DNA of 64,000 nucleotides, from positions 26,536,001 to 26,600,000 of the forward strand of contig OZ024754.1 of NCBI GenBank assembly GCA_964016885.1. The letters run 5' to 3'. How positions within the stretch are numbered: the first letter of the stretch is position 1; every line of letters begins with the position of its first letter. The translations under genes and the position numbers were made by a program. The notes under the pieces are model-generated. The model was not told the DNA's origin. It did no database searches and saw only the letters and a program-made list of their open reading frames with translations. Source of the stretch: Eledone cirrhosa (Eukaryota). Positions 48,430-61,390 of the stretch are shown here, one piece after another.

Positions 48430-51400
48430 ATATTGGTAAAAGGAAAAGAAAATGTTGACAAATTGTTCCCAGTGAAAAATAGTTTAATTAGGAATAAGTA
48501 AAAATTAGTAATAGTATTGGTTAGTATTCAGTTTTGGTTTTAAGTTTTTACCGGTTGCGCATTTCAAATGCTTTTCAAAAATAATTTTGAGATGAGCGCC
48601 CGTGATGTTTGCTCTAATCTGATTAGTTTTGGAAATTCTACCTGTTTTATGTAAAAAAAAGTGGCTCCAGATGTATGAAAAAATTCTTGTGGTCAAAACA
48701 ATTTTGATTGGTCGGTAGAGGTCATGTGAATGTTAAAAATTGATTTTGCGCCAAATGTAGGTTTGTCTCGGCTGATTGAGAAGTCACTGAAAAATAAGTC
48801 TTTTAAGACAAATATGTGTGTGTGTGTAGTAGTAGTAAAGAGATTCGTTGTTGAGATAATGGTCAGCAGGGATGTGTGTGCGAACCGCAGCTTGCTGACA
48901 GGTCAACAGTTCAAATGACTATTAAGACATGTGTGTGTGTGTGTGTGTGTAGCAGAGTAATTCGTGGTAGAGGGATCGGTCAGTAGGAATGTGTCTGTAC
49001 GTGTGTGGGGGATGTAACATGTTAAAAGATATTTTTCAGCTCTTGTCTTATACGGAGAAGTGTGTGTGTGTGTGTGTATATGTCTCTTTGTATGTTAATG
49101 TACGCGTGTGTATGTGTGTGTGTATATATGTGTGTGTGTGTGTGTGAATGTGTGTGTGTGTGGGTGGACCAGTATTTTTGTGATACTGGTAAAAATAGTG
49201 TACATTATTCGATATTTTCAGTAAAAACGATTCTCTCAAAAAAACGATTCTCTCAAAAAAAAACGATTCTCTCATCAAAAACCTTAATAATAAAAGGTGT
49301 GAAATGATATATAGTATTGGTATAAGACCAAGGTGTGTGTGAGTGTCCAGATTGTACGTACTGCAAGGGGAATCCATTAGGCCTTGCCGTATTGGAATAC
49401 TTGTGTACAAATATGTATGTGCCCATCAGTGTGCAATGCATGTGTGCGTATATGTATGTGTGTGTGTCGGCACGTTTATATCTATATACATCAAAAGGTA
49501 TGCAAATTTGTGTATATTTGTGTTGCACCATAGAACATGTGTGTTTACGTATGTCATTGTGGTTATATGTGGATAGAGATGTATGCTGATGTAGGTATGT
49601 ATGTTAACGTGTGTATGTTGTGGGTTCGTCTTAGGGAGAAGTGTTTAGACGGGGTCCGTATTTGTTAATAAAGTGAGATTCCTTGCTGATGCGCTGGGTG
49701 TGGGTGGCATTATCTTTAAATTTGTAGAGGGGAAAGATTCTGAAGTTGGGATGATTTTGGGCGGCACAGGTATCAATGTGTTCACTCAGTGGTATTTTCC
49801 TGTATTCCCGTATTTTAATTTGGGATCTATGGACAGTCATGCGTTGGCGGAGGCTGTTTTTGGTCTGGCCTATGTATTGTTCTCGACAACCTGAGCAAGT
49901 TAATACATATATTAGATTTTCTGATGCGCATGTGAAATTGTGTTTTACTATAAAACGTTGTCCTTCTTTGAAATAGAATTCCGAACCCTCTATTAGGTTG
50001 ATGCATATGCCACAGTTGGGTCTATTGCATTTATTTTACTCTGGGTTTCGTTGTTGTGGTTGGCAGTACTTTGGCATGTGTTAGGATGTTTTTCATTGAC
50101 TTAGATTGTCTTTTGCTCTTTATGATATCGTGTGTTCGTAGGATTTGGTTCATTCTATGGTCCTTTTTTAACACAGCGATGTTCTGGAGGATGGTGTCAA
50201 AGGTCTCATTGTTGAGGGGGTTGTGTGTGGAGATGTATGGAAGAGCTTTTAGTTTCGGTTGATTTACTTTAGGGTGTCTAAGGTCCTGGGTACTGAGTTT
50301 TAGGGCAGTCAGGTATCCCATGACTAGGTTGGCATAAGTGGGGGCTGTTTTCGTTCCCATAGCGGTCCCAGATTTCTGCCTGTAGGGTTTGTTATTGAAA
50401 ACGAAGTAATTGTTCTCCAAGATAAATTTGAGTCCCTCTATCACGAATTCTTTTTTGATGCGTTGTGGGAGTTCATTGTGGTAATTATCCAGCCAGAATT
50501 GGATAGCTTCTATTCCTAGGTTGTGGGGGATGTTGGAGTATAGGTTGACTACATCGAACGTCACTAGTAGGGTTTGTTCAGAAAGGGGCATATTAGGGAG
50601 GTGATTGAGCATATCTAGGTCGTCCCTTATATAGCTTTTGATGTGTTTGAGAAAAGGCTTGAGAAGGGTATCAATGAAGTTGCTAAGGCGGTGGGTTACG
50701 CAAGCGGGGCCTGCTATTATAGGTCTTAATTTGAGATCATTGGGTGAGGGGACATTGATGACTATGTCTATGGCTTCTTTGCATGCCTTACTTATTAATT
50801 CGCTTTTATGTACTTTAGGGATACCGTAGAAAAGGCTGGATTTACTTGTGAAGTCTGTGATGAAGCTGAATTCCTTGTTAGTGAGTCCTTCTTTGTATTG
50901 GTTGATCAGAGTTTTTAGGTTTCTCATAATTTTCTGTTGATTGTAGTGTTCAGCCTTTTCGTAGTATGTTTCGTGTTCCAAAGTGGAGAGCGCTAAGTTG
51001 ATATAGAATTCTGTCTCCATTAGGACTACTGTACTCGCTTTATCAGCCTCTTTAATTGTAATGGTTCTGTCGGTTTTTAATGTATTTAATTCTTCCCATT
51101 CTTTCTCGTTGAGGTTTTCGCTTGTGTTTTTGTCTGTGCAAGTGTTGGTAAGGGAAGTTTGTGATGTGTTCACAGAATTCGTCCAGGATTTTATTTCTAC
51201 CTTTTGATGGGGTGTAATTGCTTCTATTTCTGGCTAATGATTCATCGTCATTGTACTGGTCGAATAGTTCTTCACTTTCTACAGAAGTCTGTGATGTCTT
51301 TCTTCTTCCTTCATTTCATAGTAGTTAGGACGTAGTGGGTCGGTGTGAATTTAAGACCTTTGGAGAGTAAGTTGATAAGGTTGGGTGTTGGTTCTGCACT

Positions 51401-52091
51401 AGTTAGATTGATAATTTTTATTACTCTCGGTTTCTCCTCCCTGTCTTGTGTTATTTTGTTTGCCTGTATCTGTGTGCTGTGTCTAAAAAATGGTTGGGTT
51501 AGAAGGGTTGTCTGCTGATGTTAAGTGGTCTCCTGTGTTTGTTATATTCCTTGTTGTTGTAAAATGTGGTTCGGGTACGTGGTTGTAGATTGAATGGGGT
51601 GTTCCTGTATTGCGAGTATGGATGTGTGTTTTTATGTGTCATGTTGGATTGTGGTGTTATAGGTGGCCTACGTTGTTGGTTGTATCGTGTGGTGTGGGTT
51701 TGTTGTGTATTGTGGAAGCGAGAGTTGAGAAAATGGAAATTACCTTGCTGTCCCCTTGAAGCGGGGAAGTTGTTACATCTATCATGGTGGTGGTATCTTT
51801 TCTCTATGTTTGACGATGAGGCATCCGCGTAGTAGTTGAGTGCTTTGGTATGGTGTCTCCTTGAAGGGGGAAAGTTGTAAATCTCATTCTGAAGGAGATG
51901 ATTTCTAGAGTTTTTGTTCCTTCTTATGGTAGCGAGGTTGGGAAGTTCATCTTCGGTGTTGTGCTTCCTTCTTCTTTTGTTAGTGGCTGGGGGGTTTGCG
52001 AAGTTGTTGTGCGGTTCGGTTATGGGTTTTCCTATTTTTATGAACGGGTTATTGGAGGTGTAATCCGTTTGAAAAGTCGATTCATAGTGTA

Positions 52092-52092
<1 letters not shown>
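48430..52092 (-). mobile_element. Penelope-like element (RT plus GIY-YIG), internally deleted and decayed, between (TA)n arrays
   Basis: KEADK, PKVHK, LRPII, FDVVNLYSNIP, GTAMG; GIY-YIG region (LIYVLTC..C...YIGQT) ending at 49631; CA-rich 3' region; outer boundaries approximate. Confidence 0.85.
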
Positions 52093-52181
<89 letters not shown>

Positions 52182-52198
52182 GTATATATATATCTATG

Positions 52199-52235
<37 letters not shown>

Positions 52236-52383
52236 ATGGGTGTGTGTGTGAAAGTGTGTGTGTGTGAATGTGTATATATATTCAATGTGAAACGTATGCT
52301 GGTGTGTCATACATATTGCAAACATTATTCATAAACAGGTATTTATACGTATTACAAGTGAAACTGTATTGCAGCTAACTGCC

Positions 52384-52416
<33 letters not shown>

Positions 52417-52494
52417 TGTATGTATGTATGTATGTATGTATGTATGTATGTATGTATGTATGTATGCATGCATGTATGTATGTATGTATGTATG

Positions 52495-53262
52495 TTCTTC
52501 TGGTTTTATAATTTCACCACAAATTTTTTCCAAATAAAGAGAGAGTCAGTTTCTAACATAGAAACAAGACTCTCTCATTGGAATTAACTAGGTAGTATGC
52601 ATGCATGTGTAGATATGGATGTTATTGTATGTGTGGATGTGGATGTTTTGAGTTGTATGTGTGCATGTGTATATGATTTGCAACTGTACATGTGTATATG
52701 CAGTTATTAGATGCAACATTTTTGGAATGTTTTACATATTTTTACTGTTCCATTAATGGATTGTACTTGTAAATTCCTAACTAGTTGTGTTCTTTCTGTC
52801 CACGTGAAGCCTAGCTTCTCAAGATTTGTATTGAAGCAGTTACTAACATACCCCAGTGCCCCAATAATCACAGGCATAAATCTGAAGGTGTAATCAGGGT
52901 GGAGTATCTGCAGATTTCTCATCAGTTCTGCATAAATATTCTCCTTTTTGTTAATCTTTGATATTATATTGGCATCTGCTGGGCAGCTAATTTCCACTAC
53001 TGTGCATGCTTTCTTCTCCCTGACCCATATAATATCTGGTCTGTTATGCCTGCATTTTATTGGGGTTTTTACTGGAACATTCCACCAGTACTCTTTCATA
53101 TTATGTACATGGATGTCTGCTACATTGCTGTAGCTATTAATGTGTTTATTATCGGGCTATCTTTTTACGAACTGCATTGTACAGTGTTTTGGTCACTACA
53201 TCATGCCTCATAGGTAGATAGTACCGCGATGACATCTTTGGACAGCTGCAGAGTCTGCACTT
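52495..53262 (-). mobile_element. R4-like family A 3' fragment (RLE domain and 3'UTR)
   Basis: HNRPDIIW..VEISCP..KENIY; overlaps in sequence with 2505-2760 and 8383-8926; TATG arrays on both sides. Confidence 0.88.
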
Positions 53263-53370
53263 GTATGTATGTATGTATGTATGTATGTATGTATGTATGT
53301 ATGTATGTATGTATGTATGTATCTATGTATGTATGTATGTATGTATGTATGTATGTATGTATGTATGTAT

Positions 53371-55630
53371 GGTGACACCGCTTCGCAGCAAGGATGGCAA
53401 AGAACTTCTTCGTGACTCACAAGGAATTCTACGAAGGTGGCGAGAGCACTTTGATGATCTTTTGAATCAGCCGTCTGTCTTCAGTGAAGATTTCCTCAAT
53501 CTCATTCCAGAAGGTCCTGTGAAAGTAGCTCTCGCAGAGCCTCCGACGCTTGTGGAGGTTGCAGTGGCTATTTCGAAGCTGAACAGTGGAAGATCTCCAG
53601 GTATGGATGGCATACATGCTGAGCTCCTACAATATGGTGGTGAGAGACTCCTGCAACATCTTCACTCTTTGTTTGGCAGGATATGGGCTAATGAATCCGT
53701 ACCTGAGGACTGGAGAGATGCAGTAATGGTGGTCTTGCACGAGGGAAAGGGTAACAGTAACGATTGTGGGAACTACAGAGGTATATCATTGCTTTCTGTC
53801 GTAGGGAAAGTTTTATATAGGGTGCTTCTGGACCGTCTGCTGACACACATTGCAGATTGTGTTCTTACTGAAAGTCAATCTGGTTTTCGTGCTGGACGCG
53901 GCACTACTGATATGATCTTCTCAGCTAGACAGCTCCAGGAGAAGCGCATGGAACAAGGCTTGGATCTGTATCAGGATTTTGTCGATCTTACAAAAGCTTT
54001 CGATACTGTTAACAGAGATGCATTATGGAAGGTTCTCCAGAAACTTGGTTGCCCTGATAAGTTCCTTGCTTTAGTTAGGTCTTTCCATGACGACATGAAG
54101 GCTTGGGTTAATGTCGGAGGTAGCATGTCGGAGCCTATCTCAGTAAAAAATGGAGTGAAACAGGGGGATATTCCAGCACCCACCCTGTTTGCCATATACT
54201 TTGCAATGGTTTTCTGTATTGCATTCAGGAATTGCGAGCATGGTGTTTACATCCGATATCGAACCTCAGGCAGCATATTTAACATCAGGCGCTTTGCTGC
54301 GAAGACAAAAGTATTTACATCAATCATAAGAGACCTCTTGTATGCAGATGATTGCGATCTTGTAGCGCACACAGAGAGTGATATGCAGCACATTTTGAAT
54401 GCATTTTCTGACGCTTGCACTGCCCTAGGTCTGACTGTCAGTCTCAAGAAAACCGTCGTCATGTACCAACCTGCCCCTGGTAAGCAGTACACTGAACCAA
54501 ACATCTATGTGTATGGCAAACGACTTGGAGTGGTTGATCAGTTTGTCTACCTGGGTAGCACTGTCAATCGATACAGCAACCTTGACAGTGAAATCTCACT
54601 TAGGATTAGGAAAGCAAGTGATGCTTTCGGAAAGCTAGAAAGGCGACTCTGTGGTCGGCGAGACATATGCAGGAGGACAAAGGTAAAGGTGTACAGGGCA
54701 TGTGTGCTCTCTTGTCTTCTTTATGCCTGCGAGACCTGGGTCACATATCGACACCACCTTAAGCAATTGGAGCGTTTCCATCAGATGTGTCTCAGACGGA
54801 TCCATGGCGTTCACTGGAGGGACCACATCAGTGATGTCGAGATTTTGGAAAGCTCTATGTGTGACAGTATAGAAGCTCTTGTGCTTAAGCAACGATTCCG
54901 TTGGAGTGGTCACCTTGCCAGGATGAAGGATTCTAGAATACCGAAACAACTCTTTTATGGAGAGTTGGTTAAAGGAAAACGACCGCCACATAAACCAAAA
55001 AACGAGGTATAAGGATTCCTTGAAAGCCTCTCTGAAAGATGCTAACATCTCTGCTGATACATGGGAGAATATTGCTGCTGATCGTAATAAATGGAGAAAG
55101 ACTGTATATGAGGGAAAAGTTGCCTTTGAGGCATCTCGAATCGCATACGAGAAAGTAAAGCGGGATGTGAGGAAGGGCATTGCTGTTGCACTTCCAGACG
55201 GCGAAGGTCCTCCTATGGTGCTGACATGCAGCGTCTGTGCGAGACTCTGCCTAAGCAAAGCTGGACTCGAAAGTCATCTTCGCAGTCATAAAGTAAGACC
55301 AGTGGTTGACTACCAGTCTGCTGTTGGAGATGCTACTCATCATGCTTGCCAAACATGTGGTAGAGAATGTAAATCAGCAGGAGGGCTCAAGCGACATGCA
55401 AAAGTACACGAACTCCAACCACAGCCGACTATTCCCAGTGAATGTTTTGGTTGCCGACTCTGTGCAAGACATTTTAGATCATTGGCTGGGCTAAAAAGCC
55501 ACATTCGATCGCAACGCTGTTAGTTGCTATCGTGTGTGTGTGTGTTTGTAGATATGCTTATGTGTGTGCGTGTGTGTGTATATATATATGTATATGTATA
55601 TTATTATTGTTGCTGTCGTTATTATTATTG

Positions 55631-55662
<32 letters not shown>

Positions 55663-55720
55663 GTTATTAATGTATGTATGTGTGCATATGTGTGTGTGAG
55701 TATGTGTGTGTATATGTATG

Positions 55721-55761
<41 letters not shown>

Positions 55762-55861
55762 CCTTTTTTTTTAATTTTTATTTTATTTTTATTTATTTAT
55801 TATTATTATTTTTTTTTCTCCTCGTGCAATGGCCATACTCAATAACGAGGGGGCAGCCATC
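53371..55861 (+). mobile_element. RTE-clade LINE, 5'-truncated; RT followed, after a frameshift at ~55000, by three C2H2-type zinc fingers; microsatellite-containing 3'UTR; (ATGT)n tail
   Basis: NYRGISLL, QSGFR, DLTKAFD, GVKQG, YADD, YLGS, RWSGH, R.PKQLFYGE; CxxC..GLxxH motif three times; stop at 55523. Confidence 0.9.
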
Positions 55862-55927
55862 ATGTATGTATGTATGTATGTATGTATGTATGTATGTATG
55901 TATGTATGTATGTATGTATGTATATAT

Positions 55928-56090
55928 ATTTAGATCATTGGCTGGGCTAAAAAGCCACATTCGATCGCAGCGCTGTTAGTTGCTATCGTGTGTGTGTGTG
56001 TGTATAGATATGTTTATGTGTGCACGTGTGTGTATATATATATGTATATGTATATTATTATTGTTGTTGTTGTCGTTATTATTATTGTTG

Positions 56091-56121
<31 letters not shown>

Positions 56122-56452
56122 ATATGTGTGTATGTATATATATGTGTGTATATATGTATATGTATGTGTGTATATATATATATATATATATTTCTCTTTT
56201 ATATTTTATTTTATTTTATTTTATTTATTTTTTTTTTTCCTCCTCGTGCAATGGCCATACTCGATAACGAGGGGGCAGCCATCATGTATGTATGTATGTA
56301 TGTATGTATGTATGTATGTATGTATGTATGTATGTATGTATGTATGTATGTATGTATTTAAATGCAAGGCATTGCACGATAGAATTAATTAATAATTATT
56401 AATAATAGTATATCATGCAATGGCCATACTCGATAACGAGGGGGAAGCCATC
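55928..56452 (+). mobile_element. Two further RTE 3'-end copies (55928-56283 and 56416-56452)
   Basis: Repeats of tttagatcattggctggg...tggccatactcgataacgagggg, each followed by TATG. Confidence 0.85.
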
Positions 56453-56555
56453 ATCATCATCATCATCATATCATGTATGTATGTATGTATGTATGTATGT
56501 ATGTATGTATGTATGTATGTATGTATGTATGCATGTATATACGTACGTATGTATG

Positions 56556-57555
56556 TTTCTCTTTCTCTTAATTTTGAGTATATTTTTGACCAGCCACCTC
56601 CCTGGTGGCAAGGTTGTAAAAGAAAAGAAATTGTCATCCTTGAATCGCAAGAATGTTTTGCAAACTTTGAAGGCGCCAGCTATCGCAGCCATTTGTAGTC
56701 TATGAATTAGGGAGCTGCGCGCTTTGTCCACATATCCAAGTTCAGTAGTACTTTGTTCGAAGCGGGTTGGTATATAACTTGTCGCTCCAATAATGATGTG
56801 TATGAAGCTGAAGGTGTATCTTGGATACTGGATCGGCAAACTTGGTACAGCATAAGTATTTTGGGCAATGTATTTGTTGTACGCTGATAGTTCTGATGAC
56901 CATATTTTCTTTACTCTCCTGAGGTATTCAGTCCTGGTTCTCTCCTTATTTATGGGTCCATCATATCTGACATTCTCATCCTGTCCAAGATATATGTAGT
57001 TGTCACCTGACTGTAGAGGTTGTATTGTCAAGCCGTTCATCTCGAGATTTCCACAGGCGGACACAACCATTCCACGTTTTACTGTCAAATATACACATCT
57101 GGACTCACCAAATTTCATTCTGATGTCTGCAGAAAATTGTGTAATGAGGTCCAATTGTTTTTAATATAGTTGATATTTGGCCCACACAACTTCAGGTCAT
57201 CAATAAAGAAAATATGGGAGATACTTCTGGACACACTTCCATTACCACTTTGTTTTGTGAGCAGGTATGATAGTGGGGTTAGTGAGAGGACGAGGAGCAG
57301 CACTATTAAGCTATCACCATGAAAGATGCCTTTCTGGTAGTATATTGTATCAGTCTTAATTTGCTCCTTCTCACTCCTAAGGAACAAATTGGTTTACCAG
57401 CAGTTCAACAACAGCTACCAGTGGTTGTGGAACTTTGGCTAACTGTAAAGCCTTAATAATCCACTAACGAGGTACACTATCTGCTGTTTTTTCCTATATC
57501 ATTTTATTTGTTAGTAGGTGATCTATGCATCCCCACACCTTTCCACCAGCTCGTT
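56556..57555 (-). mobile_element. Decayed, internally deleted R4-like element related to family A, in TATG arrays
   Basis: GIFHGDSL, FIDDLKL, YLGQDE, ELSAYNK, KVCKTFL; TATG on both sides. Confidence 0.75.
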
Positions 57556-57826
57556 CATGTATGTATGTATGTATGTATGTATGTATGTATGTATGTATGT
57601 ATGTATGTATGTATGTATGTATGTATGTATGTATGCATGTATGCAAGCATGCATGCATGTTGTATGTATGCATGTAGCTGTGTATATATATGCAAAAGAA
57701 AAAAAAACCAATATATATATAATATAATATAAAATATATAATATAATATATTACACAAAAATATATGTGCTGATGGGTATGTATACACACACACACACAC
57801 ATATATATATATGTATATGTATATGA

Positions 57827-57886
<60 letters not shown>

Positions 57887-58050
57887 ACAGGGAGAAAGAG
57901 ACGATTATTAGGAAGAAAAATATTTTTTTTTCCTTTTTATTTCTCTCTCGCTTTTTTCTGGGTTAGAACATGATTAAAACGAAATGTTTTACTTTGTGTG
58001 AAGTGTTAAGGTATTAGTTGATTTATTTATTATTCAACTATATATATATA

Positions 58051-59666
58051 GGAGTACAGTAGTCCTAATGGAGACAGAATTCTATATTAACTTAGCGCTC
58101 TCCACTTTGGAAAACGAAACATGCTACGAAAAGGCTGAACACTACAATCAACAGAAAATTATGAGAAACCTAAAAACTCTGATCAACCAATACAAAGAAG
58201 GACTCACTAACAAGGAATTCAGCTTCATCACAGACTTCACAAGTAAATCCAGCCTTTTCTACGGTATCCCTAAAGTACATAAAAGCGAATTAATAAGTAA
58301 GGCATGCAAGGAAGCCACAGACATAGTCATCAATGTCCCCTCACCCAATGATCTCAAATTAAGACCTATAATAGCAGGCCCCGCTTGCGTAACCCACCGC
58401 CTTAGCAACTTCATTGATACCCTTCTCAAGCCTTTTCTCAAACACATAAAAAGCTATATAAGGGACGACCTAGATATGCTCAATCACCTCCCCAATATGC
58501 CCCTTTCTGAACAAACCCTACTAGTGACGTTCGATGTAGTCAACCTATACTCCAACATCCCCCACAACCTAGGAATAGAAGCTATCCAATTCTGGCTAGA
58601 TAATTACCACAATGAACTCCCACAACGCATCAAAAAAGAATTCGTGATAGAGGGACTCAAATTTATCTTGGAGAACAATTACTTCGTTTTCAATAACAAA
58701 CTCTACAGGCAGAAATCTGGGACCGCTATGGGAACGAAAACAGCCCCCACTTATGCCAACCTAGTCATGGGATACCTGGAAATCACCCTCTACACTAAAG
58801 TCCTAAACAAATTTGGAAACACTCTCCACTTACACATAGAAATAAACTGGAAGCGATATCTAGATGACTCCTTCATCCTTTGGCACGAAAACATCGAGAA
58901 ACTTAAAGAATTTCACACCCTTATAAATGGGCTCAACACGAATATTAACTTCACGATGGAATACAGTCATCAACAACTCCCCTTCCTAGACATCCTCATT
59001 AAGATCCATAACAAAAAAATAGAAACAGACATATACTACAAGCCCACAGACTCCTAGCAATATCTTCCTTTCAACTCTTGCCACCCTAGACACGTTAAAA
59101 TTAATATTCCCTACAACTTAACCAAGAGAATCTGTACTATAGTCTCCAATAAAAACACCTGCTACTTACGGCTACAAGAACTAAAGGACACACTCATAGG
59201 CAGGGACTACCCTGCATCACTAATTGACAATGGAATCCAACGTGCCCTAAAACTCAGTACCCAGGACCTTAGACACCCTAAAGTAAATCAACCGAAACTA
59301 AAAGCTCTTCCATACATCTCCACACACAACCCCCTCAACAATGAGGCCTTTGACACCATCCTCCAGAACATCCCTATGTTGAAAAAGGACCATAGAATGA
59401 ACCAAATCCTACGAACACACAATATCATAAAGAGCAAAAGACAATCTAAGTCAATGAAAAACATCCTAACACATGCCAAAGTACTGCCAACCACAACAAC
59501 GAAACCCAGAGTAAAAAATGCGATAGACCCAACTGTGGCATATGCATCAACCTAATAGAGGGTTCGGAATTCTATTTCAAAGAAGGACAACGTTTTATAG
59601 TAAAACACAATTTCACATGCGCATCAGAAAATCTAATATATGTATTAACTTGCTCAGGTTGTCGAG
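58051..59666 (+). mobile_element. Penelope-like element fragment (RT core with YLDD, thumb, start of GIY-YIG)
   Basis: Nearly identical to 49883-51036(-) but retains WKRYLDD and PFLDI; stop at 59057. Confidence 0.9.
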
Positions 59667-59916
59667 CAAGCTAATACATATCGAAAACGATAAGTTGTAA
59701 TATAATGAAACGAAATTTCATTTCTCACTCTTAGTACGGCACTTACTTAAATGTAAGTATGTATGTATACGTACATACATATATGTATGCAGACGTACAG
59801 TAGCATGCACACACATATATATATATATATATAAATACAAGTACACATATATATATGTACGTATCAGTTTAGCGAACGTTTATTATAACGCCCGCTTTGT
59901 CCGTTTGTAAACAGGA

Positions 59917-59959
59917 ACGATGTACTAGTTTCAAGCTTGTTAGCTATCATCAGCACCGT
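59917..59959 (-). ncRNA. Minimal type I hammerhead ribozyme (inverted copy)
   Basis: Exact reverse complement of 60154-60196. Confidence 0.8.
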
Positions 59960-60153
59960 ATACCCTTCTGCCAGATAGTAAGTGCCGTACTAAGAGTGAG
60001 AAATGAAATTTCGTTTCATTATATTACAACTTATCGTTTTCGGTACGCCTGGCCGACTGAACTCACTCGATATGCAAATTAGGCTGCTCAGTCGTTAATT
60101 TTCATAAGGAAAGTATATACTTTCGAACGTTCAACTATCTGGCAGAAGGGTAT

Positions 60154-60196
60154 ACGGTGCTGATGATAGCTAACAAGCTTGAAACTAGTACATCGT
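60154..60196 (+). ncRNA. Minimal type I hammerhead ribozyme, PLE dimeric type
   Basis: ACGGTG-CTGATGA-T-AGCT-AACA-AGCT-T-GAAAC-TA-GTA^CATCGT; stem I 6 bp (one GU); palindrome ACTAGT. Confidence 0.85.
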
Positions 60197-60345
60197 TCCT
60201 GTGTCAGTGTTGAACAAAAAGGTGACGTGGTTGCCTTAACACCGTATGGCATAAATCAGGCTGTTCGCTTGTTTACAAACGGACAAAGCGGGCGTTATAA
60301 TAAACGTTCGCTAAACTGATACGTACATATATATATGTGTACCTG

Positions 60346-60399
<54 letters not shown>

Positions 60400-60512
60400 C
60401 ATGCTACTATACGTCTGTATACATATATGTATGTACCTATACATACATACTTACATTTAAGTAAGTGCCGTACTAAGAGTGAGAAATGAAATTTCGTTTC
60501 ATTATATTACAA

Positions 60513-60566
<54 letters not shown>

Positions 60567-61298
60567 TAGGAATAACCAAAGAGTGCTTAGAAATACATTG
60601 TTTTATTAGCTAACAGTGTTTCATCCATAGACCATGGTGTATGGATGACACACTGTTAGCTAATAATCAACGAGTTTGGAAATCATCAGGAGATAAACTC
60701 AATTGGACAAAGATTTTTCTTAAATGATCTCCGCCAGAAACGACTCAAAATGGCTAAGAATTGTCACATGGCCAGTGGTCAAGTCAGAAAGCCTGTGATC
60801 GTTGCCTGTCGGCGAGTAGGCTGGTTGCTAGAAAGCGCAGCCGAATACTGCTTTACTCAACCTTACGGGAGTATATAAAATTTAAAAGTTTATATACATA
60901 TAAACTAGACAGAGCTATAGATATTGATGATTTCCAAAATCGTTGATTTATCCAAGATTGGATATATCCAAAAAGTGAATGTAACCTCCGGGGGTAGAGA
61001 TAACTTTTGATGATTTTGGTATGTTTATGTACATCTTTTCTTCTAACTTTGATTTTGTACCTAATTATGTATGGTTAACTATATATGTAGTCAATTTCTA
61101 CAGGCTATCAGAAATACTAGGTAAATTTTCTGTGGCTGTGAATCGCGTATAAAAAGCTATCATTTATTTATCTATTATTTCTTCATAAGTATATTTTAAA
61201 CTTATAGCCTCGCTTAAATGATTTTTTATGTGCTTGATTATGCTGATTGGGAGAAGAAATACTGTATATATATTTTATCCAATGACTCTATGGACTTA

Positions 61299-61382
<84 letters not shown>

Positions 61383-61390
61383 TGCGTATA

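Larger units (their letters stand above)
59681..60516. mobile_element. PLE-type pLTR fold-back: inverted partial arm (59681-59979) plus ~480-nt unit with terminal direct repeat (59980-60516)
   Basis: aagtgccgtactaagagtgag...acaactta at ~59980 and ~60463; homologous to 586-1135. Confidence 0.8.
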
